This document shows positions 30,680 through 41,400 of a DNA stretch of 64,000 bases, one piece after another. The stretch is from the NCBI GenBank assembly GCA_965222155.1, contig CBDCTH010000012.1, positions 2,720,001 to 2,784,000 of the forward strand, given 5' to 3'. Position 1 is the first letter of the stretch. Each line of letters opens with the position of its first letter. Below the pieces are notes generated by a model that was not told the DNA's origin, ran no database searches, and saw only the letters and a list, made by a program, of their open reading frames with translations. A program made the translations under genes and the position numbers. The DNA is from Gammaproteobacteria bacterium. GTDB lineage: Bacteria; Pseudomonadota; Gammaproteobacteria; Eutrophobiales; Eutrophobiaceae.

Positions 30680-32284
30680 CTACTTCAAAGCATTAAACCA
30701 GGTATTGAGGTAATCAAAAAATTGTTCCGCTTCATCCAAATGGGAACGAAGGGCAATATAACCGTCGGGGCGCAGCAACAATAACTGACCACTGTCGGTT
30801 TTGCCGTAATGTTCTGCGAATTCCCCTTTGGCATCGGTGACCAGTTCTGCGTTACGCAACCCCTCCAGGCTTCGGTTCGACATGATCATGCTGTGGATTA
30901 TATGAGCATATTTTTCGGACACGCGCCGGTGCAATGTGAGCGCCTGATCATCCGTTGCCCCGGCTTTATCAACAATAATCAGACTTAACCGCCCCGTCCT
31001 GACCAGATCAAATAACCGGCGGTTAGCCGAAAGCGCCACGTTTTTCACAGGATCGCCACAAGCCGGACCGGGTAACGACTTCAGACCTTCGGGACCTTCA
31101 ATGACGTCCCGATAGGTGTAGCTCAAACCGGAAATACGGTTGACCGTCTCCGAATGCCAGCCCTCCCTTTGAGTCAGTTGCAGCCTGTCGTCCATGCCAT
31201 GTCCATGAGCCATGATAATATCGTGCATGGCATGAGTGCCCGCGATCACCTGTGCACCAATTGGTTTGCGTTCTGGCGTGTACGTATCCAGCAACTTTCT
31301 ACGTGCATATCCCTGTTGTACCATCGCCAGCTTCCAGCCAAGGTTAAATGCATCCTGCATCCCGACATTCATTCCCTGACCGCCGGAAGGTGAATGCACA
31401 TGTGCAGCATCACCGGCAAGAAAACAATTCCCCGTACTGTAATTATCTGTAATGCGCCTCCAAAGTTCCCATTTCGTAGCCCAATCCGGTTCAGCAAGTT
31501 CCGTGCCGCTGACATGACCGTCGATGAGGCGCTGGAAAGCCTGGCGTGGAATCAAATTCGGGTCAGCTGCCTCACCCGTATCACTGATCAGGACCCGATG
31601 GCGGCCATTCGGCAATTTCGTCAACAATAAAAAACTGTCCTTTGACATATAGTAATGAATCCAGTCATCAGTGCCCTCAAATCCGTGATAGTGAACATCC
31701 ATCATCTGCATCACCATGCCTGCGTAATTCTCGCCCGAAAAGTCCAGTCCTGCGGTTTTCCGGACAAAACTGTGGATACCATCGCAGCCCACAATCCAGC
31801 GGGGCGCAATCACCTGCTCCTCACCTGTGCTGTTTTGAAGACTTGCGCCGAAACCGTCCGCAGTCTCAATGAATGCCCTCAGCTCTACACCCCATTCCGG
31901 ATGAAACGCATAGGTTGCATCAAGATGTTCTCGCAGCCTTTGCTCGGTATCGTTCTGGTTGTAGACCAGTATGTATGGATAGTCACTATCCAGCCCGGTG
32001 AAATCCAGCGCCGGTTGAGCATCCTTGCCTTTGAAGTTGAATAAAAAACCGCGGCTTTTCAAACCGTCTCGTAGAAAACGATGCGCAAGTCCCATATGCT
32101 CGAACATCTCCATGGTTTTCGCGTGCAGTGTAAACGAACGGGACGTTTCAGTTGGCCGGGATCTTTTATCAATCATTCGACACGGCACACGCCGGCGCAA
32201 TAATTCGCTTGCCAGCACCATGCCGGTAGGTCCTGAGCCGACGATTAGTACAGGTTCATGTTGATCTGGATTCATAATAGCCAC
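30680..32284 (-). CDS. pcpB: FAD-dependent phenol para-hydroxylase closely resembling pentachlorophenol 4-monooxygenase PcpB
   Basis: GSGPTG, VGCDGIHS, LAGDAAHVHSPSGGQGMNVGMQDAFNLGWK, plus segments recalled from PcpB (YNQNDTE, ATYAFHPEWG, QMMDV, DDWIHY, WATKW, GTHAMHDIIMAHG). Confidence 0.8.
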   Translation of the reverse strand: MAIMNPDQHEPVLIVGSGPTGMVLASELLRRRVPCRMIDKRSRPTETSRSFTLHAKTMEMFEHMGLAHRFLRDGLKSRGFLFNFKGKDAQPALDFTGLDSDYPYILVYNQNDTEQRLREHLDATYAFHPEWGVELRAFIETADGFGASLQNSTGEEQVIAPRWIVGCDGIHSFVRKTAGLDFSGENYAGMVMQMMDVHYHGFEGTDDWIHYYMSKDSFLLLTKLPNGRHRVLISDTGEAADPNLIPRQAFQRLIDGHVSGTELAEPDWATKWELWRRITDNYSTGNCFLAGDAAHVHSPSGGQGMNVGMQDAFNLGWKLAMVQQGYARRKLLDTYTPERKPIGAQVIAGTHAMHDIIMAHGHGMDDRLQLTQREGWHSETVNRISGLSYTYRDVIEGPEGLKSLPGPACGDPVKNVALSANRRLFDLVRTGRLSLIIVDKAGATDDQALTLHRRVSEKYAHIIHSMIMSNRSLEGLRNAELVTDAKGEFAEHYGKTDSGQLLLLRPDGYIALRSHLDEAEQFFDYLNTWFNALK

Positions 32285-32349
32285 CTCATCATCAATATGT
32301 CACTGACAGCCTCGTAAAAACTTCTTGATTATTATCCACGAAATCCCTA

Positions 32350-32373
32350 AACTGTACAAGGTAGTTCGGTTTA
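32350..32373. promoter_or_regulatory. Putative TetR operator in the divergent pcpB/pcpA promoter
   Basis: Imperfect palindrome AAACTGTAC-AAGGTA-GTTCGGTTT. Confidence 0.45.
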
Positions 32374-32426
32374 AAGAGGCAGCTAAGGAAAATTCCAAAC
32401 TGACATATACCAAGAGGAGAAACAGC

Positions 32427-33395
32427 ATGTCCGAAAAGTTACCCGGTACAAGTTTGACCGGTCATCATCACATAACGATCGGCGTCGGCAACGTGCAGGA
32501 AGACTTCGATTTTCATACCAAGGTCCTGGGCCTGAAATGCGTCAAGCGCACCTTGTTCTACGACGGGGCAACCCCGGTTTACCACCTGTACTATGGCAGT
32601 GATATCGGTGAGGAAAGTACGCTGCTCACTACTTTCCCGGTGGCTCACATCGGCGTAAAGGCAAAAGAAGGCAGCGGGCAGGTCAGTTATGTGAGTCTGT
32701 CCGTACCTGAATCTTCGCTGCCTTACTGGAACAAACGCCTCAAGGAACATGGTTTCGAGGTGACGGAAACAGAGCGTTTTGGCGAAAAACACCTTGACTT
32801 TCGTTCCCCGCACAATATCCGCTTATCCATCGTCGGGGTAGACGACGATACGCGAGCGCCGTATTCCGCCGGACCTGTGCCTGCTGAACACATGATCCGC
32901 GGCACCCATGCAGCCGGTGTATCCACTCGCGACATGGAGTTCATGGAAGAGTTTCTGGAGGTGGCATGGGGCTCCCGAAAGGAGGCGGACGACAGCAATA
33001 TGGTTCGTTTCACCATGGGTGAAGGCGGCACCGGCACCTATACGGATTTTGAAATCGAACCGGACCGTAAACCAGGCACCTGGACAGTGGGAGAAGGCAC
33101 CATCCATCACATGGCCTATAACGTGCCAACCCGGAAAGAGCAGGACGCCATCAAGTTTTTTACCGAGGGGCTCGGTTATACGGATTTTTCCGACGTGAAA
33201 GATCGCGGCTATTTCGATTCCATTTATATCCGTACTCCCTCCGGCGCCCTGTTTGAAGCCTGTTGTTCACACAAACCTGCTTTCACTTGCGATGAACCTT
33301 TTGAAACACTCGGTACAAAGCTGATGATGTCGCCGCAAATTGAAGCCAATAAAGATGAGGTACTGAAAGTTATCGGTGAAATCAAGGATGATTGA
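32427..33395 (+). CDS. pcpA: PcpA/LinE-type (halo)hydroquinone 1,2-dioxygenase (VOC fold)
   Basis: HHITI, VKRTLFYDG..PVYHLY, TTFP, EPDRKPGTWTVGEGTIHH, TEGLGYTDFSD.KDRGYF, RTPSGALFEA; RBS GAGGAG. Confidence 0.82.
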   Translation: MSEKLPGTSLTGHHHITIGVGNVQEDFDFHTKVLGLKCVKRTLFYDGATPVYHLYYGSDIGEESTLLTTFPVAHIGVKAKEGSGQVSYVSLSVPESSLPYWNKRLKEHGFEVTETERFGEKHLDFRSPHNIRLSIVGVDDDTRAPYSAGPVPAEHMIRGTHAAGVSTRDMEFMEEFLEVAWGSRKEADDSNMVRFTMGEGGTGTYTDFEIEPDRKPGTWTVGEGTIHHMAYNVPTRKEQDAIKFFTEGLGYTDFSDVKDRGYFDSIYIRTPSGALFEACCSHKPAFTCDEPFETLGTKLMMSPQIEANKDEVLKVIGEIKDD

Positions 33396-33645
33396 GAAAA
33401 TGAAATCATAATCGCCGGAAATGCGCTGTTGTGGCCTGTTTAAGTGAAACCCTTAGCGTATTGTCAGCAACTTAAACAAGCTGTCTGATACTGGCCAGCG
33501 CCGGCACGGGCTTTTCCCATATGTATTGACCCGGACACCGATTTGCCACCAAGCTTTGCAAAGCGGTAACATAGCCGTTCTTTTAACGAACCTGACCCTT
33601 GGAATGTACGTGTGGATCTTTTTTGTGGCCGCCTGCTGAACGAAG

Positions 33646-34707
33646 ATGAATTTTGAATATAAGGCTCTTCCCTGGAATATTATTTTTGGCGCCGGCGCCC
33701 TGAACCGGTTGCCGGAAGAATTGGACAAACTCGGTTATTCCCGCGCCCTGGTGCTGGCGACGCCGAACCAGTCAGATATCGGGCAGGAGATCGTCGGGTT
33801 GCTGGGTGACAAGGCGGCAGGCCTGTTCGACCGGGCCTTGATGCACGTCCCGGTTGAAACACTCGAACAGGCAATGGCGGAGGTAAAACGGCTCGACGCC
33901 GATTGTTCCGTCTCCGTGGGCGGCGGATCGACCACCGGCCTGAGCAAGGCACTGGCTTTCCACCTGGACCTGCCCAATATTGTGGTACCGACCAGTTACG
34001 CCGGTTCGGAGATGACCAATATCTGGGCGGTGACGCAGGATAACCGCAAAATTACCAGGCGGGATGAGGTCGTTGTACCGACATTGACCATCTATGACCC
34101 GGAGTTGACCCTGACGCTGCCGCCGGCATTTGCCGGCGCCAGTGGTATGAACGCCATGGCCCAGGCTGTTGTCAATGCCGCCGCAGAAGATGCCAACCCA
34201 ATTAGTTCGGTCATGGCCCTGGAAGGTATTCGCGCCTTGTCACAGAGTCTGCCCGTCATAATCTCCGAACCCGATAACATGCACGCGCGTAGCGGGGCCA
34301 TGTACGGCGCCTGTATGGCCGCCGCCGCGCTGGGAACCGGCACGACAGGCCTGCATCATCGTTTGTGCCACACTTTTGGCGGCACGTTCAACACGCCCCA
34401 TGCCGAGACCCATACCATCCTCCTGCCGCACAGCGTCGCCTACAACGCCAGCGCCAGGCCGGACACTACGCGCAGGGTCGCCGCGGCCATGGGAGTCAGT
34501 GATGCCGCAACCGGCCTGTTTGAGCTGGCCGGAAAGCTTGGCGCTCCCACTGCATTGAAAGACATCGGGGTAAAGGAGACGGACCTGGATGAAGCCGCTG
34601 CAGTAGCCGTTGAAAAGCCGATAAAAAACCCCGAACCGGTTACCAGGGAGAGGATACGCGCCTTGCTGGAAAACGCCTACCACGGTCATCCCCCCACGCC
34701 CGTGTAA
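33646..34707 (+). CDS. Maleylacetate reductase (PcpE/LinF/TfdF family)
   Basis: [46 protein letters not shown]. Confidence 0.92.
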   Translation: MNFEYKALPWNIIFGAGALNRLPEELDKLGYSRALVLATPNQSDIGQEIVGLLGDKAAGLFDRALMHVPVETLEQAMAEVKRLDADCSVSVGGGSTTGLSKALAFHLDLPNIVVPTSYAGSEMTNIWAVTQDNRKITRRDEVVVPTLTIYDPELTLTLPPAFAGASGMNAMAQAVVNAAAEDANPISSVMALEGIRALSQSLPVIISEPDNMHARSGAMYGACMAAAALGTGTTGLHHRLCHTFGGTFNTPHAETHTILLPHSVAYNASARPDTTRRVAAAMGVSDAATGLFELAGKLGAPTALKDIGVKETDLDEAAAVAVEKPIKNPEPVTRERIRALLENAYHGHPPTPV

Positions 34708-34712
34708 CCGAT

Positions 34713-36080
34713 ATGAGAACCGTTCCGCAGATCACCGTGCAAGAGGCCGCCGCCAGGATTCGTTCCGGCGACGTAGTTATCGTGGGCGGCTTCGGTATGA
34801 CGGGTAACCCGACCAAAGTAATGCACGCCATAGCCGAGACTGACGTGACCGATCTCACGTATATCGGCAATAACGTGGGAGAGCCGGGGCTGGCTGGCGG
34901 ACGTTGCCTGCGCAAGGGGCAATTCAAAAAAGTCATAGGCTCATTTTTCACCAGCAACCCGGAAGCCGTAGAGGCGGTCCAGTCCGGGAAAGTCGAAGTC
35001 GAACTCCTGCCTCAGGGCACCCTGGCTGAGGCAATCCGCGCAGGCGGGGCCGGTATCGGCGGCTTTTTCACGCCCACCTCCGTCGGAACGCCGCTGGCGG
35101 AAGGGCGCGAGACAAAGCTAATCGACGGAACAGAAATGGTATTTATTCCCGCGCTACATGCCGATGTCGCGATCATCAGAGCCTGGCGGGCGGACACGGT
35201 CGGCAACCTGCAGTACCGAATGACCGAAAACAACTTTAACCAGGCAGCTGCCACTGCCGCTGACCTGATCATTGCAGAGGTGGAGGAAATCGTCCCGGCC
35301 GACGCGCTCGATCCTGATTTTATCCATACCCCGGGCTGTTTTGTCGATTACCTGGTCCAGGCCACGCTTGACCCGGAGCACCTGGGCACTTCAGCATCCG
35401 TGGCGGCGAGTCTGAAAAAGGTGGATGATACCCGCATGATGATGGCCAGGATAGCCCTGGCGGAATTGAAACGGGGCGATATCGTCAACCTGGGGGTCGG
35501 CATACCCACCCTGGTGGCGGACCTGATCAAGCCGGAGGACGGCATCATCCTGCACTCTGAAAACGGGATGCTGGGAGTGGGCCCCGAACCGGCCTCCGGC
35601 GGCGCCATGGAGTACCCGGTCAACGCCGGCAAGGTGCCGGTCACTGCGCTGTCGGGCGCCAGCTATTTCGATAGTGCCACCTCTTTCGCCATGATCCGGG
35701 GGGGGCATGTGGATGTGGCTATCATGGGCGGGCTACAGGTGGATGAGCAGGGCAACCTGGCCAACTGGGCGGTACCGGGCAAGCCCCTGCTCGGCGTCGG
35801 CGGCGCCATGGACCTGGCGTCCGGCGCCAATAAGCTCATCGTCACCATGACCCACAGCGACAGGAACGGCAACTCCAAGGTGGTTCCCCGTTGCAACCTG
35901 CCCCTGACGGCGCGCAAGGCCGTCGATTTACTGATTACGGACCTCGCGGTATTTGACTTCGACACATCCGGCATGCGCCTGGTGAAGCTGCTTCCCGGCG
36001 TTACGGAAGATGAGGCAAGGGCAAAGACAGCGGCAGATTATACGGTGGCCCTGGCCAGCCACCGCAATGAGGGATCATGA
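34713..36080 (+). CDS. Fused alpha+beta 3-oxoacid (3-oxoadipate) CoA-transferase
   Basis: [22 protein letters not shown] (alpha); [19 protein letters not shown] (beta). Confidence 0.9.
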   Translation: MRTVPQITVQEAAARIRSGDVVIVGGFGMTGNPTKVMHAIAETDVTDLTYIGNNVGEPGLAGGRCLRKGQFKKVIGSFFTSNPEAVEAVQSGKVEVELLPQGTLAEAIRAGGAGIGGFFTPTSVGTPLAEGRETKLIDGTEMVFIPALHADVAIIRAWRADTVGNLQYRMTENNFNQAAATAADLIIAEVEEIVPADALDPDFIHTPGCFVDYLVQATLDPEHLGTSASVAASLKKVDDTRMMMARIALAELKRGDIVNLGVGIPTLVADLIKPEDGIILHSENGMLGVGPEPASGGAMEYPVNAGKVPVTALSGASYFDSATSFAMIRGGHVDVAIMGGLQVDEQGNLANWAVPGKPLLGVGGAMDLASGANKLIVTMTHSDRNGNSKVVPRCNLPLTARKAVDLLITDLAVFDFDTSGMRLVKLLPGVTEDEARAKTAADYTVALASHRNEGS

Positions 36081-36628
36081 TCTTCGACCCTGCCGTCAAC
36101 CTCATCGCCGCGCTGATACTCAGCTACGTGTTCGTCCTGGCAGGACTGCACAAATGCAGGGCGCCGGCGGAATTCGCGGCCACCCTGGATAATTACAGGA
36201 TCCTGCCGGAAAGATTATACCGGCAAGGCGTCTACCTGATCCCCGTAGCGGAAATCATGACGGGGGTTGCCCTGCTGATACCCGCCACAGCGCGGCTTGC
36301 GGCATTGGCGGTGGGTACGTTGTTGTGTGTCTATATTGCTGCAATCGGCATCAACCTGCTGCGTGGACGGCGCAATATCGATTGCGGTTGCGGCGGGCCT
36401 GCACAGAAACAGACCCTCAGCGAATGGATGCTGGCGCGCAACGGCCTGCTGCTGCTGCTTGCCTGTATCGCCGGCTCCCAGGTGCTGCCCCGGACGCTGC
36501 TCTGGTTCGACTGGCTGGTAGTCGTCCCGGCAACCGTGATGGGTTGCCTGTTCTACAACATCATTAATCAATTGCTGGTAAACAGGGATTTGTTGAGTGC
36601 CCTGACCCGCGAGGAATACCATGCTTGA
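36077..36628 (+). CDS. mauE: MauE amine dehydrogenase maturation membrane protein
   Basis: [17 protein letters not shown] motif; overlaps the CoA-transferase stop (ATGA). Confidence 0.88.
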   Translation: MIFDPAVNLIAALILSYVFVLAGLHKCRAPAEFAATLDNYRILPERLYRQGVYLIPVAEIMTGVALLIPATARLAALAVGTLLCVYIAAIGINLLRGRRNIDCGCGGPAQKQTLSEWMLARNGLLLLLACIAGSQVLPRTLLWFDWLVVVPATVMGCLFYNIINQLLVNRDLLSALTREEYHA

Positions 36629-37235
36629 AGCCTTAATCATCTCCAACCTGCTGCTCTGGATCATCGTGGTGGTACTGGGAGTGATGGTGTTTGCCCTGGT
36701 CAGGCAGATCGGCGTTCTCTATGAACGGGTCGCGCCGGCAGGCGCCCTGATGGTGAATCAAACCCTGCGTCCCGGAGACGCGGCCCCCGAGATGGATTTG
36801 CTGACTATCGAGAATAAAAAAATCCGCATCGGCGGTGTCCGGGAACCTGCGCGCAGCCTGCTGCTGTTTTTTCTTGCGCCCGATTGTCCGGTATGCAAGA
36901 CCTTGCTGCCGGTGCTGTTTTCGGCACAGAAAGAAGAAAGCGGATGGCTGGACATCGTGCTGGCCAGTGATGGTCCCGTCGATCAACACAGGAAGTTCAT
37001 CGAACAGCAGAAACTGTCACCCTTTGATTACGTGCTGTCGGAAATACTCGGCCGCAGTTATGGGGTGGGCAAACTGCCCTACTCGGTCCTGATCGACGAG
37101 CAGGGAAAAGTCGTTACCATGGGCATCATTAATACCAGGGAACATTTGGAGAGCCTGTTTGAAGCAAAGGAACGGGGCGTTGCCTCCATCCAGGAATACG
37201 TAAAAAAGTATCACTCCGAAGAAGCCGCGGGATGA
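36621..37235 (+). CDS. mauD: MauD thioredoxin-like amine dehydrogenase accessory protein
   Basis: LVRQIGVLYERVAPAGAL, PDCPVCKTLLP, NTREHLESLFEA. Confidence 0.92.
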   Translation: MLEALIISNLLLWIIVVVLGVMVFALVRQIGVLYERVAPAGALMVNQTLRPGDAAPEMDLLTIENKKIRIGGVREPARSLLLFFLAPDCPVCKTLLPVLFSAQKEESGWLDIVLASDGPVDQHRKFIEQQKLSPFDYVLSEILGRSYGVGKLPYSVLIDEQGKVVTMGIINTREHLESLFEAKERGVASIQEYVKKYHSEEAAG

Positions 37236-37387
37236 TATTTGGGGTCAGTGTAAAAACTCACGTCCCCATCACCTGCATCTGTCCGGGGACGGATTTAAAT
37301 CCGTCCCAAGTGTTACCGAGTGTTACCTGTTTTTAGATATCTTTCTCGACGTATTCCAGCACTTCGTTCAGCACATCCGTGTCACCG
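37234..37387. repeat. Direct-repeat copy of 45091-45315 (REP-like halves plus 3' end of the DUF2783 gene)
   Basis: CCGGGGACGGATTTAAATCCGTCCC..GTGTTAC..TTTTAGATATCTTT..CAGCACATCCGTGTCACCG matches 45221-45315. Confidence 0.85.
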
Positions 37388-37388
37388 C

Positions 37389-37490
37389 ATAATTCAGGAC
37401 ACCCATATAATTCAGGACACCCATAAAAGAGGACAGGTTGAAAACCTGTCCCCGTTCTTTCCACAATTTTATGGGTGTCCTGGAATTACA
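37389..37490. mobile_element. MITE family B with stuttered left end
   Basis: TAATTCAGGACACCCATAAAA...TTTTATGGGTGTCCTGGAATTA; near-identical copy at 49717-49817. Confidence 0.8.
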
Positions 37491-38191
37491 ACAGGCTGGT
37501 GGGGCTGCCAGGTCATGACTGGTTGTATGGCGAGGCGGGCGCTGACCGCCTGTTCGGCGGCGCCGGGGCGGACGTGCTGGCGGGCGAAGCTGGCGTGGAC
37601 ACGGCGTCGTCGTCGTATGCCGACTCGAACGCCGCGGTGCAGGTGGACCTGGGTCGCGGCACGGCGACCGGCGGTCATGCCGAAGGCGACACGCTCACCG
37701 GCATTGATAATCTCATTGGGTCGAGGCATAGCGACAGCTTGACGGGCGATGCCCACGCCAACCGGCTGTGGGACGCCGGCAATGACCGCCTGTTCGGCAG
37801 CGGGGGGAACGACGTGCTGGTGGGTGGCGCCGGGGCCGACACGCTGGACGGTGAAGGCGGCGCTGACACCTTTCGTTACAGCGCCGCCGCCGACTCGACC
37901 CCCGCGGCGGCGGGGCGCGACCAGTTCCTGCACTTCTCGGGCGCCGGCGGCGGCGACGGCGACAAGCTGGACCTGTCCGGCCTGGGCAAGGCCCTGACCT
38001 TCATCGGGTCGGCCGACTTCTCCAATACCCCCGGCCAGGTCCGAGTGACCTAACGCGGCGTGACCACGAGCGACAATGCCAGCGATGACTATACCGACGT
38101 ATTGGCCGACCTGAACGGCGACGGCGCGGCCGACTTCATGCTGAGCCTGAGCGGGCTGCACAGCCTGAGTGATGCGGACTTCATCGTCTGA
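37491..38191 (+). pseudogene. 5'-truncated RTX gene remnant (paralog of the 3' end of 38406..44849) with premature TAA at 38051
   Basis: Near identical to about 44440-44849; CAA changed to TAA in GQVRVT*RG. Confidence 0.88.
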
Positions 38192-38405
38192 GTTGAACCA
38201 GCGAGACCGGGCCGTGTCCGGGCTCAGAAACATGTGAGACTTTTCATTGCTAAAAAATCGGGTAGTCTGTGGGAGGACTACCCGATGCAGAGCAAAAGCC
38301 GGCGGATTAAATCCTACCGCAGTGGGGTGGACAATTGCTTGCTCATGGTAATTGTCCTCTGTTATATTACCCTATGCGCCCACTGAACCCATAGAGAGGT
38401 AATCC

Positions 38406-41400
38406 ATGAAGATGGCTTCTGACCCCGGTCCGGCAGGCCCGGAACACGCACAATCCTGTTGTTGCAGCAGCTGTTCGGCAGTGAACCTGGAACAGCGAGT
38501 ATACCAATCCCAAGACTCTCAACGCTCTCAAGGTTCTCCAGTCTCTCAAAACTCTGCGGAGCAGCTACCCCAATGGGGCGTACTCGCCTCGGACGCCTAT
38601 GACGAGATCGCCGACCACCTCAATGCTTCGGACTGGTACTTTCCGATTGAGTCCGGCGGTGAGATCACGGTGAACGTCACCAGTCTGACCGCTGGGGGTC
38701 AGCAACTCGCCCGCTGGGCCCTGGCGGCCTGGGAGTCGGTGGCGAACCTGACCTTTCGGGAAGTGGCAGAGGACGCCAACATCACCTTTGACGATGAGTC
38801 CCCGGGTGGCCGGGTGACGCACGTTGATGCGGATGGCGGCGGGTTCCTCTCGGCCGAGGTAAATGTGGGGAAGGCATGGCTCAACTGGGGTGGTGACGGG
38901 CTCGGCAGCTGGGCGTTCTTTGCCTACATCCACGAGATCGGCCATGCGCTGGGTTTGTGGCATCCCGGGCCCTATAATGGCGCGCGGGTACGTTACGGGA
39001 TCGACACCCTGTTCGCGGCTGACTCCTTCCAGACGTCGGCCATGTCGTATATCAGACAAGCTCATGGCCTCCCACCTGAGCATGGCAACAAACCCCGAAA
39101 CACTGCGAGCGATGCGAGCTTCGCCCTGCCGGTCACGCCGATGATGGCGGACATCCTGGCGATTCAGGAGAAGTATGGCGCCCCCGAGACCAACCCGGGG
39201 GACACGGTGTACGGCTACCAGTCCAACGTCGGCGGCTACCTGGAGGAGGTCTTCGCGGCACTCACCGAGCAGGACGGTGAGCTTGATGGGCCGGTGACAC
39301 TGACACTGTTCGACAGCGGCGGGGAGGACCGGCTGGACCTGCGCACGGACAAGGCCGACCAGCGGGTGGACCTGCGTCCGGAAGGCGTCTCGGACGTGTA
39401 CGGGCTGACGGGCAACTGGCTGATAGCGCGGGGCACGGTGATTGAGAACCTGGTGGCCGGTCAGGGCGATGACCAGGTGATTGCGAATGCGGCGGCGAAC
39501 GAGTTGGACGGTGGCCCGGGCAGCGACACGGTATCCTATGTAGGCTCGGATGCCGGGGTGCGGGTGGACCTGGAGGCGGGGACAGGTGCCGGCGGTCATG
39601 CTCAGGGCGACGCGCTCAGCAACTTTGAGCACGTGGTGGGCTCGGCACACGCTGATGAGTTGCGCGGCGATGAGCTGGCTAACCGGCTGGTGGGCGGCGC
39701 CGGCGACGATACGTTGTACGGGGAAGCGGGCGACGACACGCTGGATGGAGAGGAGGGCGATGATGTCCTCGAGGGCGGCGCGGGGGCGGACGTCTTCAAT
39801 GGCGGCGCCGGGGGAGACACGGCGTCGTATACGGGTTCGCCTGTCCGGGTACGGGTGAACCTGGACACCGGGCAGGCCGCCGGCGGTGATGCCGCCGGCG
39901 ACACGTTCCATGACATTGAACATCTGGCCGGCTCGGCGTACGCCGACAAGTTGACGGGGGATGGCGGCGCCAACCGGCTGTCTGGCGGCGCGGGGGATGA
40001 CCGGCTCTACGGCAGCGCTGGCAACGATGTGCTTAACGGCGGGGCCGGCGCCGACACGCTGGGCGGTGGGGCCGGTGATGACACCGTATCCTATCTTGAC
40101 TCTGATGCGAGAGTACGGGTGAACTTGCATACCGAGGCGGTGGCGGACGGTCATGCGACGGGCGACAAGCTCAGGAGCATCGAGCACGTTATCGGCTCGG
40201 CGTATGCCGACATGCTGATGGGGGATAAGGGCGCCAACCGGCTGGCGGGCGCGGCCGGCGATGACCAGATCTACGGTGACGGTGGCAACGACGTGCTGGT
40301 GGGCGGGCCCGGCGCGGATACCCTCGGCGGCGGCACCGGGGTCGACACTGCCTCCTATGCGGGTTCCCCGGTGGGGGTGCAGATTGACCTGGACGCGGGC
40401 ACGTTCCAGGGGGGTGATGCAGTGGGTGACCGGCTCAACTCAATTGAGCGGCTTGAAGGCTCGCGCCATGTTGACCACTTGTTCGGCAGTGCGGCGGCGG
40501 ATTGGTTGGCCGGCGCGGCCGGGGACGACCGGTTGCTGGGGCGGTTGGGCGATGACCGGCTGGTCGGTGGCGACGGCGATGACCAGCTGGCGGGCGGCCC
40601 GGGTGCGGACCAACTGGCTGGCGATGTGGGCGATGACACGCTGGAAGGGGGCTTGGGCGCCGACACACTGGATGGTGGCGCGGGATATGATACGGCGACC
40701 TATGCGGGCTCCCCGGTCGGGGTACGGATTGACCTGGCGGCACAGACATTCCAGGGGGGCGATGCCGCCGGGGATGCGCTCACTGATATTGAGCGGATTG
40801 TCGGCTCGGGGCAGGGCGATGTGCTGCAGGGGAGTGACGAGACAGACCACCTGGTCGGGGCCGGTGGGGATGATGAGTTATACGGCCGGGCGGGGGACGA
40901 CACGCTGGCGGGCGGCGCCGGCGCGGACACATTGGATGGTGGCGCCGGGGGCGACACCGCCTCGTATGCGGACTCACCCGCCGGGGTGGAGGTGAATCTC
41001 GACACCGGCGCGGGCACTGGCGGTGAGGCGAGCGGCGACACGCTGGTCAACATTGAACACGTGCTCGGCTCGGCGCACGTTGACGTGCTACGGGGCGATG
41101 CCGGCGCCAATTGGTTTGCGGGTGCGGGCGGTAACGACCTGCTGTACGGCGGTGCTGGGAATGACGTGCTGGCCGGCGGTGTCGGGGACGATGAGCTGGA
41201 TGGGGAAGCGGGTGATGACACGCTCAACGGGGACCCGGGTGCGGACACGCTGGATGGGGCGAGCGGCGTTGACACCCTGTCCTATGCGGACTCTGAGGCG
41301 GCGGTGCGAGTGGATTTGGATAGCCGGGCGGTGTCGGGGGGTGATGCCGAGGGGGACACAATCCACGGCTTCGAGCAGGTGGTCGGCTCGGCCTACGATG

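Noticed and set aside
32325-32426. Longer start for the PcpA-like gene
   Set aside because: It overlaps the divergent promoter; ATG 32427 has GAGGAG and fits family length.
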